NCBI RefSeq assembly: GCF_964204645.1
Contig: NC_134032.1
Coordinates: 6,436,275-6,500,274 of the forward strand
Length of the DNA: 64,000 nucleotides
Reading direction: 5' to 3'
Source: Tubulanus polymorphus
Lineage: Eukaryota; Animalia; Nemertea
The position numbers and the translations under genes were made by a program. The number at the start of each line of letters is the position of its first letter. Within the stretch, counting starts at the first letter, position 1. Positions 10,337-21,080 of this stretch are shown here, in pieces. The notes under the pieces were generated by a model. The model did no database searches, was not told where the DNA came from, and saw only the letters and a list, made by a program, of their open reading frames with translations.

Positions 10337-13300
10337 TTAAGCATTATCTGTATCTTGATCTTCCAAAACTTTTAATTGCTTCGAAATTCTATCTTTGGCA
10401 ACTATTGCCGATGCACGAGTAGGGGGACGAGGAGTTTGAGTTTTCTCATCAGTTGAAATTGAATTTTGCACTGGAATGGATTCAACTGGAACATTTACTT
10501 CTAGATAAACTAGTTTAGAAATTGGACGGTTAGTGAAACCATTGGCAGTTTTTAACTCTACTGACCGAATGAGGTCATCCTCCCCGCGCAAAATCTTAGT
10601 AATTATAGCTAATTTCCATCGTAAACGTGGAACATGTGCGTCATGTATTAAAACTAGCATTCCCGGTTTGATATTTTGATAATTATCGCCAACAGATTTA
10701 TGAGATTCTCTCAAATTTACCAGGTACTCTTTATGCCACTTATCCCAAAATTTATCTTGAAGTGTAACCAGGAATTTATATCGATTCTGCAACTCGGATT
10801 CTGACAAATTGGAATAATCAGGATCATTGATATCAAACTCAGGATGAGGCAATGAATTAATTTTCCTTCCACAAACTAAATGAGATGGAGTTAATACATT
10901 AATGTCATTGATATCTGATGTTTCCCTGACTAAGGGTCTGTCATTAATCGTACACTCAATTTCTGTGATTAATGTCGAAAATTCATCTAGAGTTACTTTT
11001 GCCCTTCCTAAACACTTTTTCAGAGCAGACTTTGTCAAACCGATTAATCGCTCGTAGAATCCTCCGTGCCAAGGGCTTCTTTTTGTCATAAAATGCCAAT
11101 CAATGCGTCGCTTTGAAAGGAAATTCGTTGAACTCAAAGCTTCAAATATCTTCTTCAATTCGGAGTTGGCTCCGATAAAGGTACTAGCATTATCAGAGAT
11201 AAGCATCCTTGGCACGGAGCGACGAGCAGTGAACCTACGGAAACATCTTATAAATTCGTCTGTAGAGTTACTAACTACAACCTCACAATGGACTGCTCTG
11301 GTTACAGTGCATGTGAATAATGCAATATAACAATTGCTGCCATTTTTTAAAACGAATGGTCCGCAATAATCCAGTCCACAGTAGTAAAACGGTGGATATC
11401 TAGAAACTCTATACCCAGGAAGTGGAGGTGGATCTGGTAACGTAAAGGGTTTACCAGAAACTTTGCGACATGTAACGCATTTTCTGACCTGAGACTTGAC
11501 TGCTTGGCGTATCTGAGGGATCCAAAAATTTTCTCGTATCTTACACACAGTTGCACTTACACCGAAATGCATGACCTGCAGATGAGCATCATTGATAATC
11601 AAACTAGATAACATACACGATTTTGGTACGAATATCGGGTGTTTAGAATCAAAACTCATATCAGCATTCTGGAGACGACCTTTGCACCTAATAATGCCCT
11701 CGTCGTCTATGTATAATTGTAGTTGATTAACTACAGATAATTTCTTTCTCTTTGTGCCACTCGTCAAGTCCTGAATTATCTCGGCACACAAAGCGGACTG
11801 AAAATATTTGATTATCAATTTTTCAGCATTCACGATTTCTGATGACGATAGTGGTCCGTGATTTCGATCCTCTTTTATTGATTTAAGGTTATGAATAAAG
11901 CGTAAAGCCAGAGCCATGACATTTACCAACTCTGAGTATGACGTGAATTGACTATAATCTATAACTTCTCCCAATTGAAAAGTAAAAATTGAACTTTCCT
12001 TCTTACGAATTGGATCGGAATTTTGAGCCACTACGTAATTGATTGAAATTGTGCTAGGCTGTTCAGGTAGAGGACTCCCATTGGTCAACCAAGCTGGCCC
12101 TTTTAACCATAGATCAGCTGTTAACTCATTGTAATGCACACCGCGAGTTAACAGGTCTGCAGGGTTAACGTTACCTGGACAGTAAAACCAACTGTTTAAA
12201 GAAGTTAATTTTCTAATCTCGGATACCCGGTTATTCACAAATTGTGTCTGTTTCTTTCCTGAATTTAACCAACCCAATACAATCTGACTGTCAGTCCAGT
12301 GAAAGGATTTTATAGGCGAATTAGAACCAATGGTTGGATTAATTGAACGTTGAATGTGATCAGACAACCTGGCTGCAACCGTAGCTGCCATCAATTCTAA
12401 CTTAGGGATGGTCAATTCTTTAACTGGAGCGACACGAGATTTTGACATTATCAAACTAGACTGACTACCAGATTTAAGGTACGCCACTGCTCCATACGCG
12501 CGAGTCGAACTATCACCAAATATGTGTAGTTCTAAATCAGTAGTTCGCAAATTCGGATCTGAGAAATACTTTCTCTGAAATGTCATATCCAAAGCTCGGC
12601 ACAGGTTTTCATTAATAGAGAACCATTGAGAACAAATATCCTTAGGTAACAAATCATCCCATCCGTATGACTGCTTCCATAAATCTTGAAGAAGTAATTT
12701 TGATGGAAGAGTGACGGGAGTCAAAAACCCAAGAGGATCATATATTTTGGCGGTCCTTCTCAAAATAACACGTTTTGTGATAGGAGACTCGTCTATTACC
12801 GCGTGCTTTGGATATGCGATCAAATCTCTATCAGTGTCCCACATGAGACCAAGATTCTTTACAATACGAGAAGGTTCAAGTACACCGTCGTGTTTTGCAA
12901 GCTCACGTAGCTGCGAACTATTCGATGCCCAGCATCGAAAATTGAAATTGGCATTTTCTTTGAGTGATCTCGCTTCTTTATAGAACTGAATTACATCTGA
13001 CACAGAGTTTACGCTTGTACTAATATTGTCGACATATATATCTCGTAAAAGGTTATTCGTAAATTTACCTTTGAAACTGTTTCTAAGATGATATATAATT
13101 GTACTATTTAGCATAAACGGCGAACATTTCGCACCGAAAAGGACTCTCTTAAAGCGATAAACCTCAAATGTACTTTCAGTGTCTTTCGAATCACTAAGCC
13201 AGAGAAAACGCGTAGAATCTCGATCCGATTTATCTAAACCAACGTGCAAAAACGCTTTTTCGATATCAGTGGTTACTGCGCAATCAAATAATCGAAATCG

Positions 13301-15769
13301 TATGAGAATAGAAGTGAGTTCATTGAGAAGGCAAGGCCCTGACTCCAAACAATCATTCAAACTTAATGAGTTTTTGGAAGAACGACAACTACAGTCAAAT
13401 ACTATGCGGATAGGTGTAGTACTAGACTCTCGAAATACAGCGTGATGCGGAATATAATGAATTTTCCCTAAATCATCAATAGGATCAGGGTAGGCCACCT
13501 TCTCAATGAAGTCGCGTTCTAATTGATATTTGATTATCCCGTCATAACTCTCTAACAACGAAGATTGAAACAGGCGCCGAGCGAGTGATCTTGTACGGCC
13601 GTATGCTACCGAGTAATTTGATGGTAAAGGACCATAACCCACTCTCCACGGGAGTTTTGCCTGATAGATACCTCCTTCTTTAGAAATAGAACTATTTAGA
13701 TATTCCTCTAAAAAATTGGAAGTTTCGTCGACTGGAGGCGTGATACCTAAAATATCTAACGACCAGAATCGGCCAAGATTATAAGAATCAGGCTCCGATA
13801 CTACATGTAACATGCTAACATTACTAGAACTACCATTTTTCCTAGGCCCAGTTATAACATAACCGAGTTTAGTTGGAACCGCTACTGGACCATCGCTCGA
13901 CCGTATTGTGCCTTCAGTCTCAATAAAATTGTAGTAATAATCACTTCCGATTAATACAGAAATGTCGATGTGATCTGAAGCGTAATGTATGGGTTGTGCA
14001 AATTGAAGACCTTTAAATTCATTAATTGTTTCAATATCAGAAGGCACAAGTAATGGTTTTGTTATGGCCGGTACAACTATTGCTTCGACTTTTAAAGTAG
14101 ATCCATCTGTACATATTATGTTAATCTCTACAATATCGACCTTCCTGTTCGTAGTCGAAGTTGCCCCAAAAGTACACAAATTCAAATCTGCATTTTTGAT
14201 AATCTTTAATTTTAGAAGATTTGCTAACTCTTCCGTAACAAATGATCTTTGCGATCCATCATCGAAAAGGATGTTGGCGAAGGTATGTTCCTCGGGTCCC
14301 GTTACCCTACCAACAGCAGTTTTTAAATGAACTGGAATCGTTTGAACCGTATTAACGGCTACTGAAATGTTAACATTTTCTATAGACGTTTCTGATTTTG
14401 CGTAAGAATTGGATTCATTTATTAAACTCATTGTTGACTGCTGTTGTGGTGTGGGATTGCGAGCCGCGGGTACTAACTGAGGTGTAGGCGCAGTACCATC
14501 AACGCTACGCTCACAACTGACCAAATGTGCACGCACACCCTTAGGTTGAGATCGCCTGAAAAAAGAAGCACTGCACAAACTCGAATGATGTTTGCCGCCG
14601 CACGATTTACACCGCTGTTGAGAACCACAATCTCGAGAACGGTGTTTCCCTAAACAACTATAACATAAATTCGCATTTCTGATCATACTGAAGCGAATTT
14701 CAGGGTCAGTTATGATCTCGCACTGGTTCGCGTAATGATTTGAAGAATAACAATACGCGCATTTACCGCGGTTCGAATTGTTGGGACGGTGTAGTTGTTG
14801 TTTAACCGGTCTATTATAATTCACGCGATCTACGGTCGAAATCAACGACGTCACGGTTGAACTTTTGGCTTGAGTTGAATTCGAACAACTCAAAGTGTTA
14901 CACGCCTCGAGAGTTAACACTTCATTCTTTATAGCCGTACGCAACGAGTCGAGGTCCCAGTCTTTATTGCCATGCTCTTTAGAAATACTCAAATTTACTT
15001 CATATGGTAATTTCGTTCGCAGAACCGGAACTAACATGGCGCCATAATTTGAAGTAGGCTTCCCTATCGAATCTAAACTCCTGATGTATTTCTCTAACTT
15101 ATCGTAAAATGACCTTAACGATTTTAGATCATAGCGGGGTGCCGGTAAACTCAACAAGGATGTCATATAGACCTCAGCGATTTTATGAGCTTGCCCGAAT
15201 CGGTCGCACAATAACTTTTTTGCAACGAAATAATTCACATCGGTTAACGGGAGGCCCTCAAGACATTCTTTGGCTTCTCCTGTCAAATGAGTAATCAAAT
15301 GACTAAATTTTTCGATACCCGAGAGATCCGACTGCTCGTCAACTGTTGCGCAAAATAAGTCCCAGAATGACTTCCATTCTAGGAGGTTTCCTGAGAATGT
15401 CGGCAATTTTAATTTTTCGAGCGTTAATCTTTTCGGACGAGTTGTAAAATCACGGTTTGAAGGAACATTAATCGTAAGAGCTTGTACGGAATGCTCCAAC
15501 ACTGACAAATCAATTTTTCGTTCCGACAAATAATCTTCAGACTCGGCGATAAAGTCGCAAATTTCTTTTTCTTTCGAATAAAATTCTAATAAGTTTGAAT
15601 CTAAATCGGTCATCATTTGAATTTTTTCCTTTATCATCGATACGACGGACATACCTTGCACGCTTTGCTCCTGAGATACCGCGTCTCTTCCTCTCGTAAA
15701 TAATTTCGTTAGGTGACTCCGATGTCCTTTCCTCGTGTTGTATAATTTTTTCTTATCTTCTTCGTCCAT
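10337..15769 (-). CDS. BEL/Pao Gag-Pol polyprotein, 1810 aa
   Basis: Gag LPTFSG..EW..FWD.F; three Cys/His knuckles; protease LFDDGSQRSFV; RT DIEKAF and YVDN; RNase H FGDSS..AYGAV; integrase HHCC plus LDY/SDN/E. Confidence 0.97.
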   Translation of the reverse strand: MDEEDKKKLYNTRKGHRSHLTKLFTRGRDAVSQEQSVQGMSVVSMIKEKIQMMTDLDSNLLEFYSKEKEICDFIAESEDYLSERKIDLSVLEHSVQALTINVPSNRDFTTRPKRLTLEKLKLPTFSGNLLEWKSFWDLFCATVDEQSDLSGIEKFSHLITHLTGEAKECLEGLPLTDVNYFVAKKLLCDRFGQAHKIAEVYMTSLLSLPAPRYDLKSLRSFYDKLEKYIRSLDSIGKPTSNYGAMLVPVLRTKLPYEVNLSISKEHGNKDWDLDSLRTAIKNEVLTLEACNTLSCSNSTQAKSSTVTSLISTVDRVNYNRPVKQQLHRPNNSNRGKCAYCYSSNHYANQCEIITDPEIRFSMIRNANLCYSCLGKHRSRDCGSQQRCKSCGGKHHSSLCSASFFRRSQPKGVRAHLVSCERSVDGTAPTPQLVPAARNPTPQQQSTMSLINESNSYAKSETSIENVNISVAVNTVQTIPVHLKTAVGRVTGPEEHTFANILFDDGSQRSFVTEELANLLKLKIIKNADLNLCTFGATSTTNRKVDIVEINIICTDGSTLKVEAIVVPAITKPLLVPSDIETINEFKGLQFAQPIHYASDHIDISVLIGSDYYYNFIETEGTIRSSDGPVAVPTKLGYVITGPRKNGSSSNVSMLHVVSEPDSYNLGRFWSLDILGITPPVDETSNFLEEYLNSSISKEGGIYQAKLPWRVGYGPLPSNYSVAYGRTRSLARRLFQSSLLESYDGIIKYQLERDFIEKVAYPDPIDDLGKIHYIPHHAVFRESSTTPIRIVFDCSCRSSKNSLSLNDCLESGPCLLNELTSILIRFRLFDCAVTTDIEKAFLHVGLDKSDRDSTRFLWLSDSKDTESTFEVYRFKRVLFGAKCSPFMLNSTIIYHLRNSFKGKFTNNLLRDIYVDNISTSVNSVSDVIQFYKEARSLKENANFNFRCWASNSSQLRELAKHDGVLEPSRIVKNLGLMWDTDRDLIAYPKHAVIDESPITKRVILRRTAKIYDPLGFLTPVTLPSKLLLQDLWKQSYGWDDLLPKDICSQWFSINENLCRALDMTFQRKYFSDPNLRTTDLELHIFGDSSTRAYGAVAYLKSGSQSSLIMSKSRVAPVKELTIPKLELMAATVAARLSDHIQRSINPTIGSNSPIKSFHWTDSQIVLGWLNSGKKQTQFVNNRVSEIRKLTSLNSWFYCPGNVNPADLLTRGVHYNELTADLWLKGPAWLTNGSPLPEQPSTISINYVVAQNSDPIRKKESSIFTFQLGEVIDYSQFTSYSELVNVMALALRFIHNLKSIKEDRNHGPLSSSEIVNAEKLIIKYFQSALCAEIIQDLTSGTKRKKLSVVNQLQLYIDDEGIIRCKGRLQNADMSFDSKHPIFVPKSCMLSSLIINDAHLQVMHFGVSATVCKIRENFWIPQIRQAVKSQVRKCVTCRKVSGKPFTLPDPPPLPGYRVSRYPPFYYCGLDYCGPFVLKNGSNCYIALFTCTVTRAVHCEVVVSNSTDEFIRCFRRFTARRSVPRMLISDNASTFIGANSELKKIFEALSSTNFLSKRRIDWHFMTKRSPWHGGFYERLIGLTKSALKKCLGRAKVTLDEFSTLITEIECTINDRPLVRETSDINDINVLTPSHLVCGRKINSLPHPEFDINDPDYSNLSESELQNRYKFLVTLQDKFWDKWHKEYLVNLRESHKSVGDNYQNIKPGMLVLIHDAHVPRLRWKLAIITKILRGEDDLIRSVELKTANGFTNRPISKLVYLEVNVPVESIPVQNSISTDEKTQTPRPPTRASAIVAKDRISKQLKVLEDQDTDNA

Positions 15770-15787
15770 CTTGCTGTTTCTATTTCC

Positions 15788-15803
15788 TCGGCTCGAGGGA
15801 CCA
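15788..15803 (-). other. Primer-binding site (tRNA-Tyr-like)
   Basis: TGGTCCCTCGAGCCG begins 3 nt after the 5' LTR. Confidence 0.75.
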
Positions 15804-15806
15804 AAA

Positions 15807-16011
15807 TGTCATACGGAAAATGACCTGGGACTGTAGATCCTCCAAAGGCAGAAAAATAACTCCAACACAGCTAGATACAAACGAAAAACTGAACCCCACT
15901 TTATTGCAGGAAAAGGTTTATATACACAATAATATACATGGTTGATCACCCGTGAAACTGTGATCGGTGAAATATAACACGTTACATAATACACGCTAGT
16001 ACTGCGTGACA
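15807..16011 (-). repeat. 5' LTR of the BEL/Pao element
   Basis: TG...CA, 205 bp, adjacent to the PBS. Confidence 0.97.
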
Positions 16012-16179
16012 ATGGCTACGAATCATCTTACTGAGATCATGTTGAAATTTCTTTCAGGCACATTGAATAAATAAATATCTCGTACCATCTAGCTGACATG
16101 ATTAGTGAGAAGTGGTTAAACAATATTATTCACCATTGAATAGATTTCAGCGGAAATTTAGTCACCTTGTTGCACGAAG

Positions 16180-16475
16180 ATTCTGGTTACTGAAGTTTCT
16201 AGCTCGAATTATCATCATGAATCGATGAGCAAATACGTGTATACCAGTCATCTGTTGCTCTTAAGGATCTGGTTTTTCGAAATTTCTACTCGTTGAATAA
16301 TCATCATGAATCGATGAGCAAATATACGTATACCAGTCACCTGTTGCCCTTAAGGATCTGGTTTTTGAAGTTTCTACGCTGTGAATTATCATCGTGAATC
16401 GTCGAGCAAGTACACGTACACCAGTCACCTGTTGTACTTGAGGATCTAATTACTAAAACTGTTGAATCATCATGC
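16180..16475. repeat. Degenerate tandem repeat, unit about 90 bp, about 3 copies
   Basis: ATCATCATGAATCGATGAGCAAAT...ACCAGTCA.CTGTTG..CTTAAGGATCT recurs near 16211, 16300 and 16388. Confidence 0.8.
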
Positions 16476-17999
16476 AGTACATGACAGACACAATGATAGA
16501 CAGACTGAAGAATAATCATTCTACGCTAGATCCAATCAAGATCCATATTGAATATTCATATATGGAACTATGAATATGGATTTTGTAAACTCACAATGGT
16601 CAAACTAAACTCAGTGTGGAGCTGGTTACGGGGTCAATTCAACCCCTGAAATCATAATGGTCGAATTTTAACCCTGCGCTGAGCTGTTATTCCTATAGCT
16701 TTCAGGGGCCAACAAACAACAATATAGCTGCCCACATCCATGAACGATGTTATCAGATAATAATCAAACGTTCCAAATAACTGAGTAATCTACCATCTTA
16801 ATTGAAAAATGAGCCCCATTTGAACATATCTCGTCTCGGGCTTTTAAACCAACGATTCAATTGATTAAACATAAATCATCGATTTCTGGCGTTAGCCCTC
16901 GTTATCAAGACGTTGCATCGCCTTTCAATGGATATGTAGTTCGGCATTATGCACAGGTAAAGTTTGCTAGAATCATACCTTTCTTCGTTTAAAAATTTGG
17001 GCTCCAGGGGCCAAGTATAGAATTCTCTCCGCGATTTTAGCTATTTTATACCACTTGGTATGTTGGATAAAGGGCGCTTTTAGGGCAGAAATCGACCGAA
17101 CTTTTAGAACGAAAACTATTTGAAATGCATTGAAAACTTCATAAAACATCGATTTAAGTGTCAATCATTATTTAGTTGTGCAATCATTGATAAGATTTCA
17201 ACATGTATTTGAAGCGTACATGTATAAAATATCAGGCGCAATATATTCTATGAATTCGTCGACTATTCTGGTACGAAAAAAACGAGATAATTTAATTTCG
17301 AAAATTTAATACGTTGTAAGAAGCGACTAAGGTAAGCTCAGTAATGAAATATCCAAATCTTAATTATTCATAAGCAAACGTTGATAGTCAATGAAACAAT
17401 TTACAATTAAACATGCAAACGCTCACTTAACAAAAACAGTTTAGGTAACACAAATTTTGTCGAACGATACCATCTTTGTAAAACATCACATCTCAGCTAA
17501 TATTTGAGATATACATACGCAAACGATAAAAAGCATCCGACGGTAGAATATCTCAGCTATTGAGGTCTATCAAATGATATACGAATTACTTCGCTGGAAT
17601 GTACAATCTTTCATCAGTTACTCGATTTTTTGAATTCCGAAAGATTTGTATTACTGAGCGGTTACTACTCGACCAATTCAATTAAAAACTTCTGTGGAAA
17701 GCAGAGCCGCAGCCTTGATGACGTAGCCTCGATATTCTGTTTATCTTCGGGTCTAAACAAGCATTAGGGTGAAGTGGCAGCAGTGAACCATTCTAGTCAA
17801 TTCTATACCATATTTGAAATTCTGAAAAATTAAATCATGGAATTTATTTCTTCGGCGGTGGCCCAGCCACAATACGGTTGCCGGCACATTTTTAGATTTT
17901 ATATTTGATGTTACTGTCTATCAACTTCATTTCCTACCCTAGTTTCGTGCTTCAATGAACATTCTAATTGGTTTGCAAGAACGATACAATACGATACGA

Positions 18000-18500
18000 G
18001 AAACAAAATGAATGTACTTGTACACGAACGGCAGCAATTTCAGTGGTTTGGGTCATTCCTGACCGGTTGGCGTCAGAGTGTTGTTATAAATGGTGTTTAC
18101 TCGTCGTCGGAGCAGTTGTGGTATGGCGTCCCTCAGGGGTCCGTGTCTTTGGTATTTTTGGTGTATATTCAGCGTCTCGCTGAGCTATATCTTCATATGT
18201 GCCGCCATGAATTCGCAGACGATTATCAGGAGTACAGACTCACTTCTCTTCGTGATTCAAAGTCGGCCCGCAGTTCTCCAAGGTCGAATCCTGCCTTGAG
18301 TGAGAAGTTCTTGAAGGCCAACCCATTCAGCCAGATTCGTGCCATTAGCATTAAAATGTTGCCGGTGTTAAAATGCCAATCTCTGCTCATCTAGTTCGTA
18401 ATCTCGGGGTGCTGTTTTGACCGGCAACTTAGTAAGAAACCTCATGTAAACTATGTTCTCAAAACTGGATACTTCAATTATTTGGCTCGCATTAGCGAGC
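18000..18500 (+). mobile_element. Degenerate L2/CR1-type LINE RT fragment
   Basis: WFGSFLTGWRQSVVING, YGVPQGSV, FADD.Q.Y, VRNLGVLFD. Confidence 0.8.
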
Positions 18501-18543
18501 CTATGTCAACGGTCTGGCCGATCGATCATTCGTATGCTTAATA

Positions 18544-18900
18544 CACTACGCTCAAAGCTTTTTTAGCACACTCAAACGCAATTTCAGTAGCCTGTAATTT
18601 CACTACTAATGGGCGAATTGAACGGATTAAGCAAAAATATATTTCGTAATTTGTTTTTCTTTATGGTGCGCACAGTTGAAAGCCGTGGGTTTCATATTTT
18701 TTGAGAAATCGACCAAAAAGTGTCAAAAATTCGATTTATTTGAGCAGGTTTTTTTTTATGCAGCATCTTTAATTGTCCAAAATAACACGTGAAAATGCAA
18801 TGCTATTTGCGTCGGAAGAATTTTATCTCGTAAAGATCGGATGCTTTGTTCGGTAGTTATGGGCTTTCAAAGACGAAACCCCCCCGCCCCCAGAATCTCG
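18544..18900 (+). mobile_element. Left end of a Tc1/mariner-like DNA transposon (right end not found; end coordinate approximate)
   Basis: TA|CACTACGCTCAAAGCTTTTTTAGCACACT resembles Tc1-type TIR starts. Confidence 0.4.
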
Positions 18901-20299
18901 GTTATATATAATTTGTGTTGACCCGGTTTGAACTCCATCATGACGTCATAGCGTTCTTTGAATATGCAAATGATGTGGATCAGCAGGTGCTAAACAAAAT
19001 GGCGGTACAATTGAAGAGGTTCATATTCAGCATTTCTAGCGCGAATACTGATACTCAAGGCGTATGATATAACGAGTATTTGTGTGCGATGTGTTCAATG
19101 ATGCATCTAGTTTTGAAGTCCCGTGCATGAGGTACCGTTGCATCAATTCTGGTTTAAATTTGCGGAATTTAACTACCGTGTTCACCACACGGCTGATTCA
19201 CTGATGATACTGATCAGCTGATCTGATATATTTACACGACTGGAATAATTGTTTCATCATCATTAATTGAAGTCATTTTATTGACGTTCGCATTAACGAT
19301 CCGTTTTGGAGCCTGATTATTTGTATTAGTTTGTTAATCGCAACATAGTGATAAGCTTCGCGTTGAAAACAGTCGCGTACAGTCGCGTAGGCAATATCGC
19401 CTTGTACTCTCATGTTCACTGCGTGTATGTATCAGCTAAAGCTAACGCGCGGCGCAGGTCGCGCGTAACAACGATTCTGAGTGAATATGTAAGCTTGCCT
19501 GCCTACTTAAAGCAATCCTATCGTGAAATTATTAAAAACCATGTCAGTCGATAAACTTTATTTCGTTAGTAACCAGCACTGGCCTCAAATTTCATAGACT
19601 TGGGAGCTTCTGTCCTAATTGAGCCGTATGATAATGAAAAACCTCCGATGAAACCCAGGCTCTCACTTTGCCGGGTCACTCATAGTTTGAGTTGTTTTAT
19701 ATGTCATTCCATGAATGTATTAGAATTATGAATATTAATTTGTTGAGACAAAAATTCCCAAAATCAATTTTTCGAAGATTTCATTCTCGTTAAAAAGTCA
19801 GTTATCACTGACCAAAATTAAGTCATTTCTGATATATTTTTCTTATTTAACTTTCAATGAAATGTTTTTTTTCGTACTAGTAGCCTATATATGACAAATT
19901 TTTACTTCACACTATGGTTTTGCGAGCCACTGGACTATTGGCCCTCTATACTGCTTTTTGATGCAATTTATGCATTGAGCATTAAATGAAGTCGTGATGC
20001 AAAGTACATTCTACATTGAAATGTAGTTTTCAGGAAATCTTATTTTTTTAAGTATAAGTTTATCACCGTTATGAAATTATATACATTACAAAATGATTTG
20101 CCACCGCGCACGAATGCACATTTGAGGCAAAATTTACAAAAAAAACGAAAACAGAATGCACATGACGGATATAAACTATAAAGTTACATTTTTATACCAA
20201 AAAGGGGGCAGGGGGAGTGTGCAGGTTGGCATTTACAAAATTAGGAGAAGTCTTTGTAGTTAGACTGAATAAAGGTAGCTACTAGGCATAACATTTCAA

Positions 20300-20380
20300 C
20301 ATAAGTATCATCTTCACCCGTCAAGGGATTCGAACCCACTACGCTAAAGCTGTTCGCCGAACCCCTTGACCACACGAGTC
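20300..20380 (-). mobile_element. tRNA-derived SINE head (Pol III A and B boxes)
   Basis: Minus strand TGGTCAAGGGG (A-box-like) then GGTTCGAATCC (B box); no full cloverleaf. Confidence 0.55.
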
Positions 20381-20624
20381 GTTGGAGTCGTTACTAGCCG
20401 ACCAGAATCCGGTCGTACCAATCACAGCGCTTGTAACAAACGACTTCTATTGGTTTTCCCGTTAAATGGACCAATCAGCGAACGTTTTAATGAACAAGGA
20501 AGTATTTCGCAAATCGATATATGACGTCATGCGCAACAGCGCCAGTAATGAAATCACGCTTCGTGAGGCCAGGGGGCTGGTGGAAGCGAGTTCGGGAGTG
20601 ATACCGGACCCCTGGCAAGCGAGG

Positions 20625-21080
20625 ATGCATTAGTATCTAAACAGAAAGTACGAGTATTTAATTACCATTTAGTAAAAAGTTTACTTTATTAGAAAGGGTG
20701 AGAGAATTAAGGTAATTCTGTTTACCTATGTCTAGGTTTGAGAGGAGAGCGTTGATTTTGACTTGGCGGCCAGGACGCTGGCATTGGAACATAAAGTGTT
20801 TAGTTGAGGTAGCACGGTTGCAGTAACTACATAAAGAGTTCTCGACATTGAGGAAGTTGTGATTGAACTGATGCGACTTGAGCAAGAGATCAACGCGTAA
20901 CCTATTAAGGCGGATTTCCTTTTCGCGACTGACATTACCGAGGCGGTGTGATAGAACCGTATGAAAGTTGAATTTCTTCACTGTAGATTTGAAGGCCGAA
21001 AATGCAGGGATATTTCTGACGTTTGGTTCGGTTTCGTTCCATGCGTACATTAATCTAAAACTGTAGTTTTCAGGCAATAA
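20625..21080 (-). mobile_element. 3' fragment of a CR1-group LINE ORF2
   Basis: WN...S.FK...RLR...L.SHQFNHNF...LCSYC...STKHFMFQC C-terminal Cys/His motif. Confidence 0.7.

Larger units (their letters stand above)
9938..16011 (-). mobile_element. Full-length BEL/Pao LTR retrotransposon
   Basis: 205-bp TG...CA LTRs; TSD ATGGC at 9933-9937 and 16012-16016; PBS TGGTCCCTCGAGCCG (tRNA-Tyr-like); purine-rich tract GTGGTGGGAG next to the 3' LTR; single gag-pol ORF. Confidence 0.98.

Noticed and set aside
11103-15294. Short ORFs inside the BEL element
   Set aside because: Antisense or off-frame shadows of gag-pol; no env-like ORF is present.
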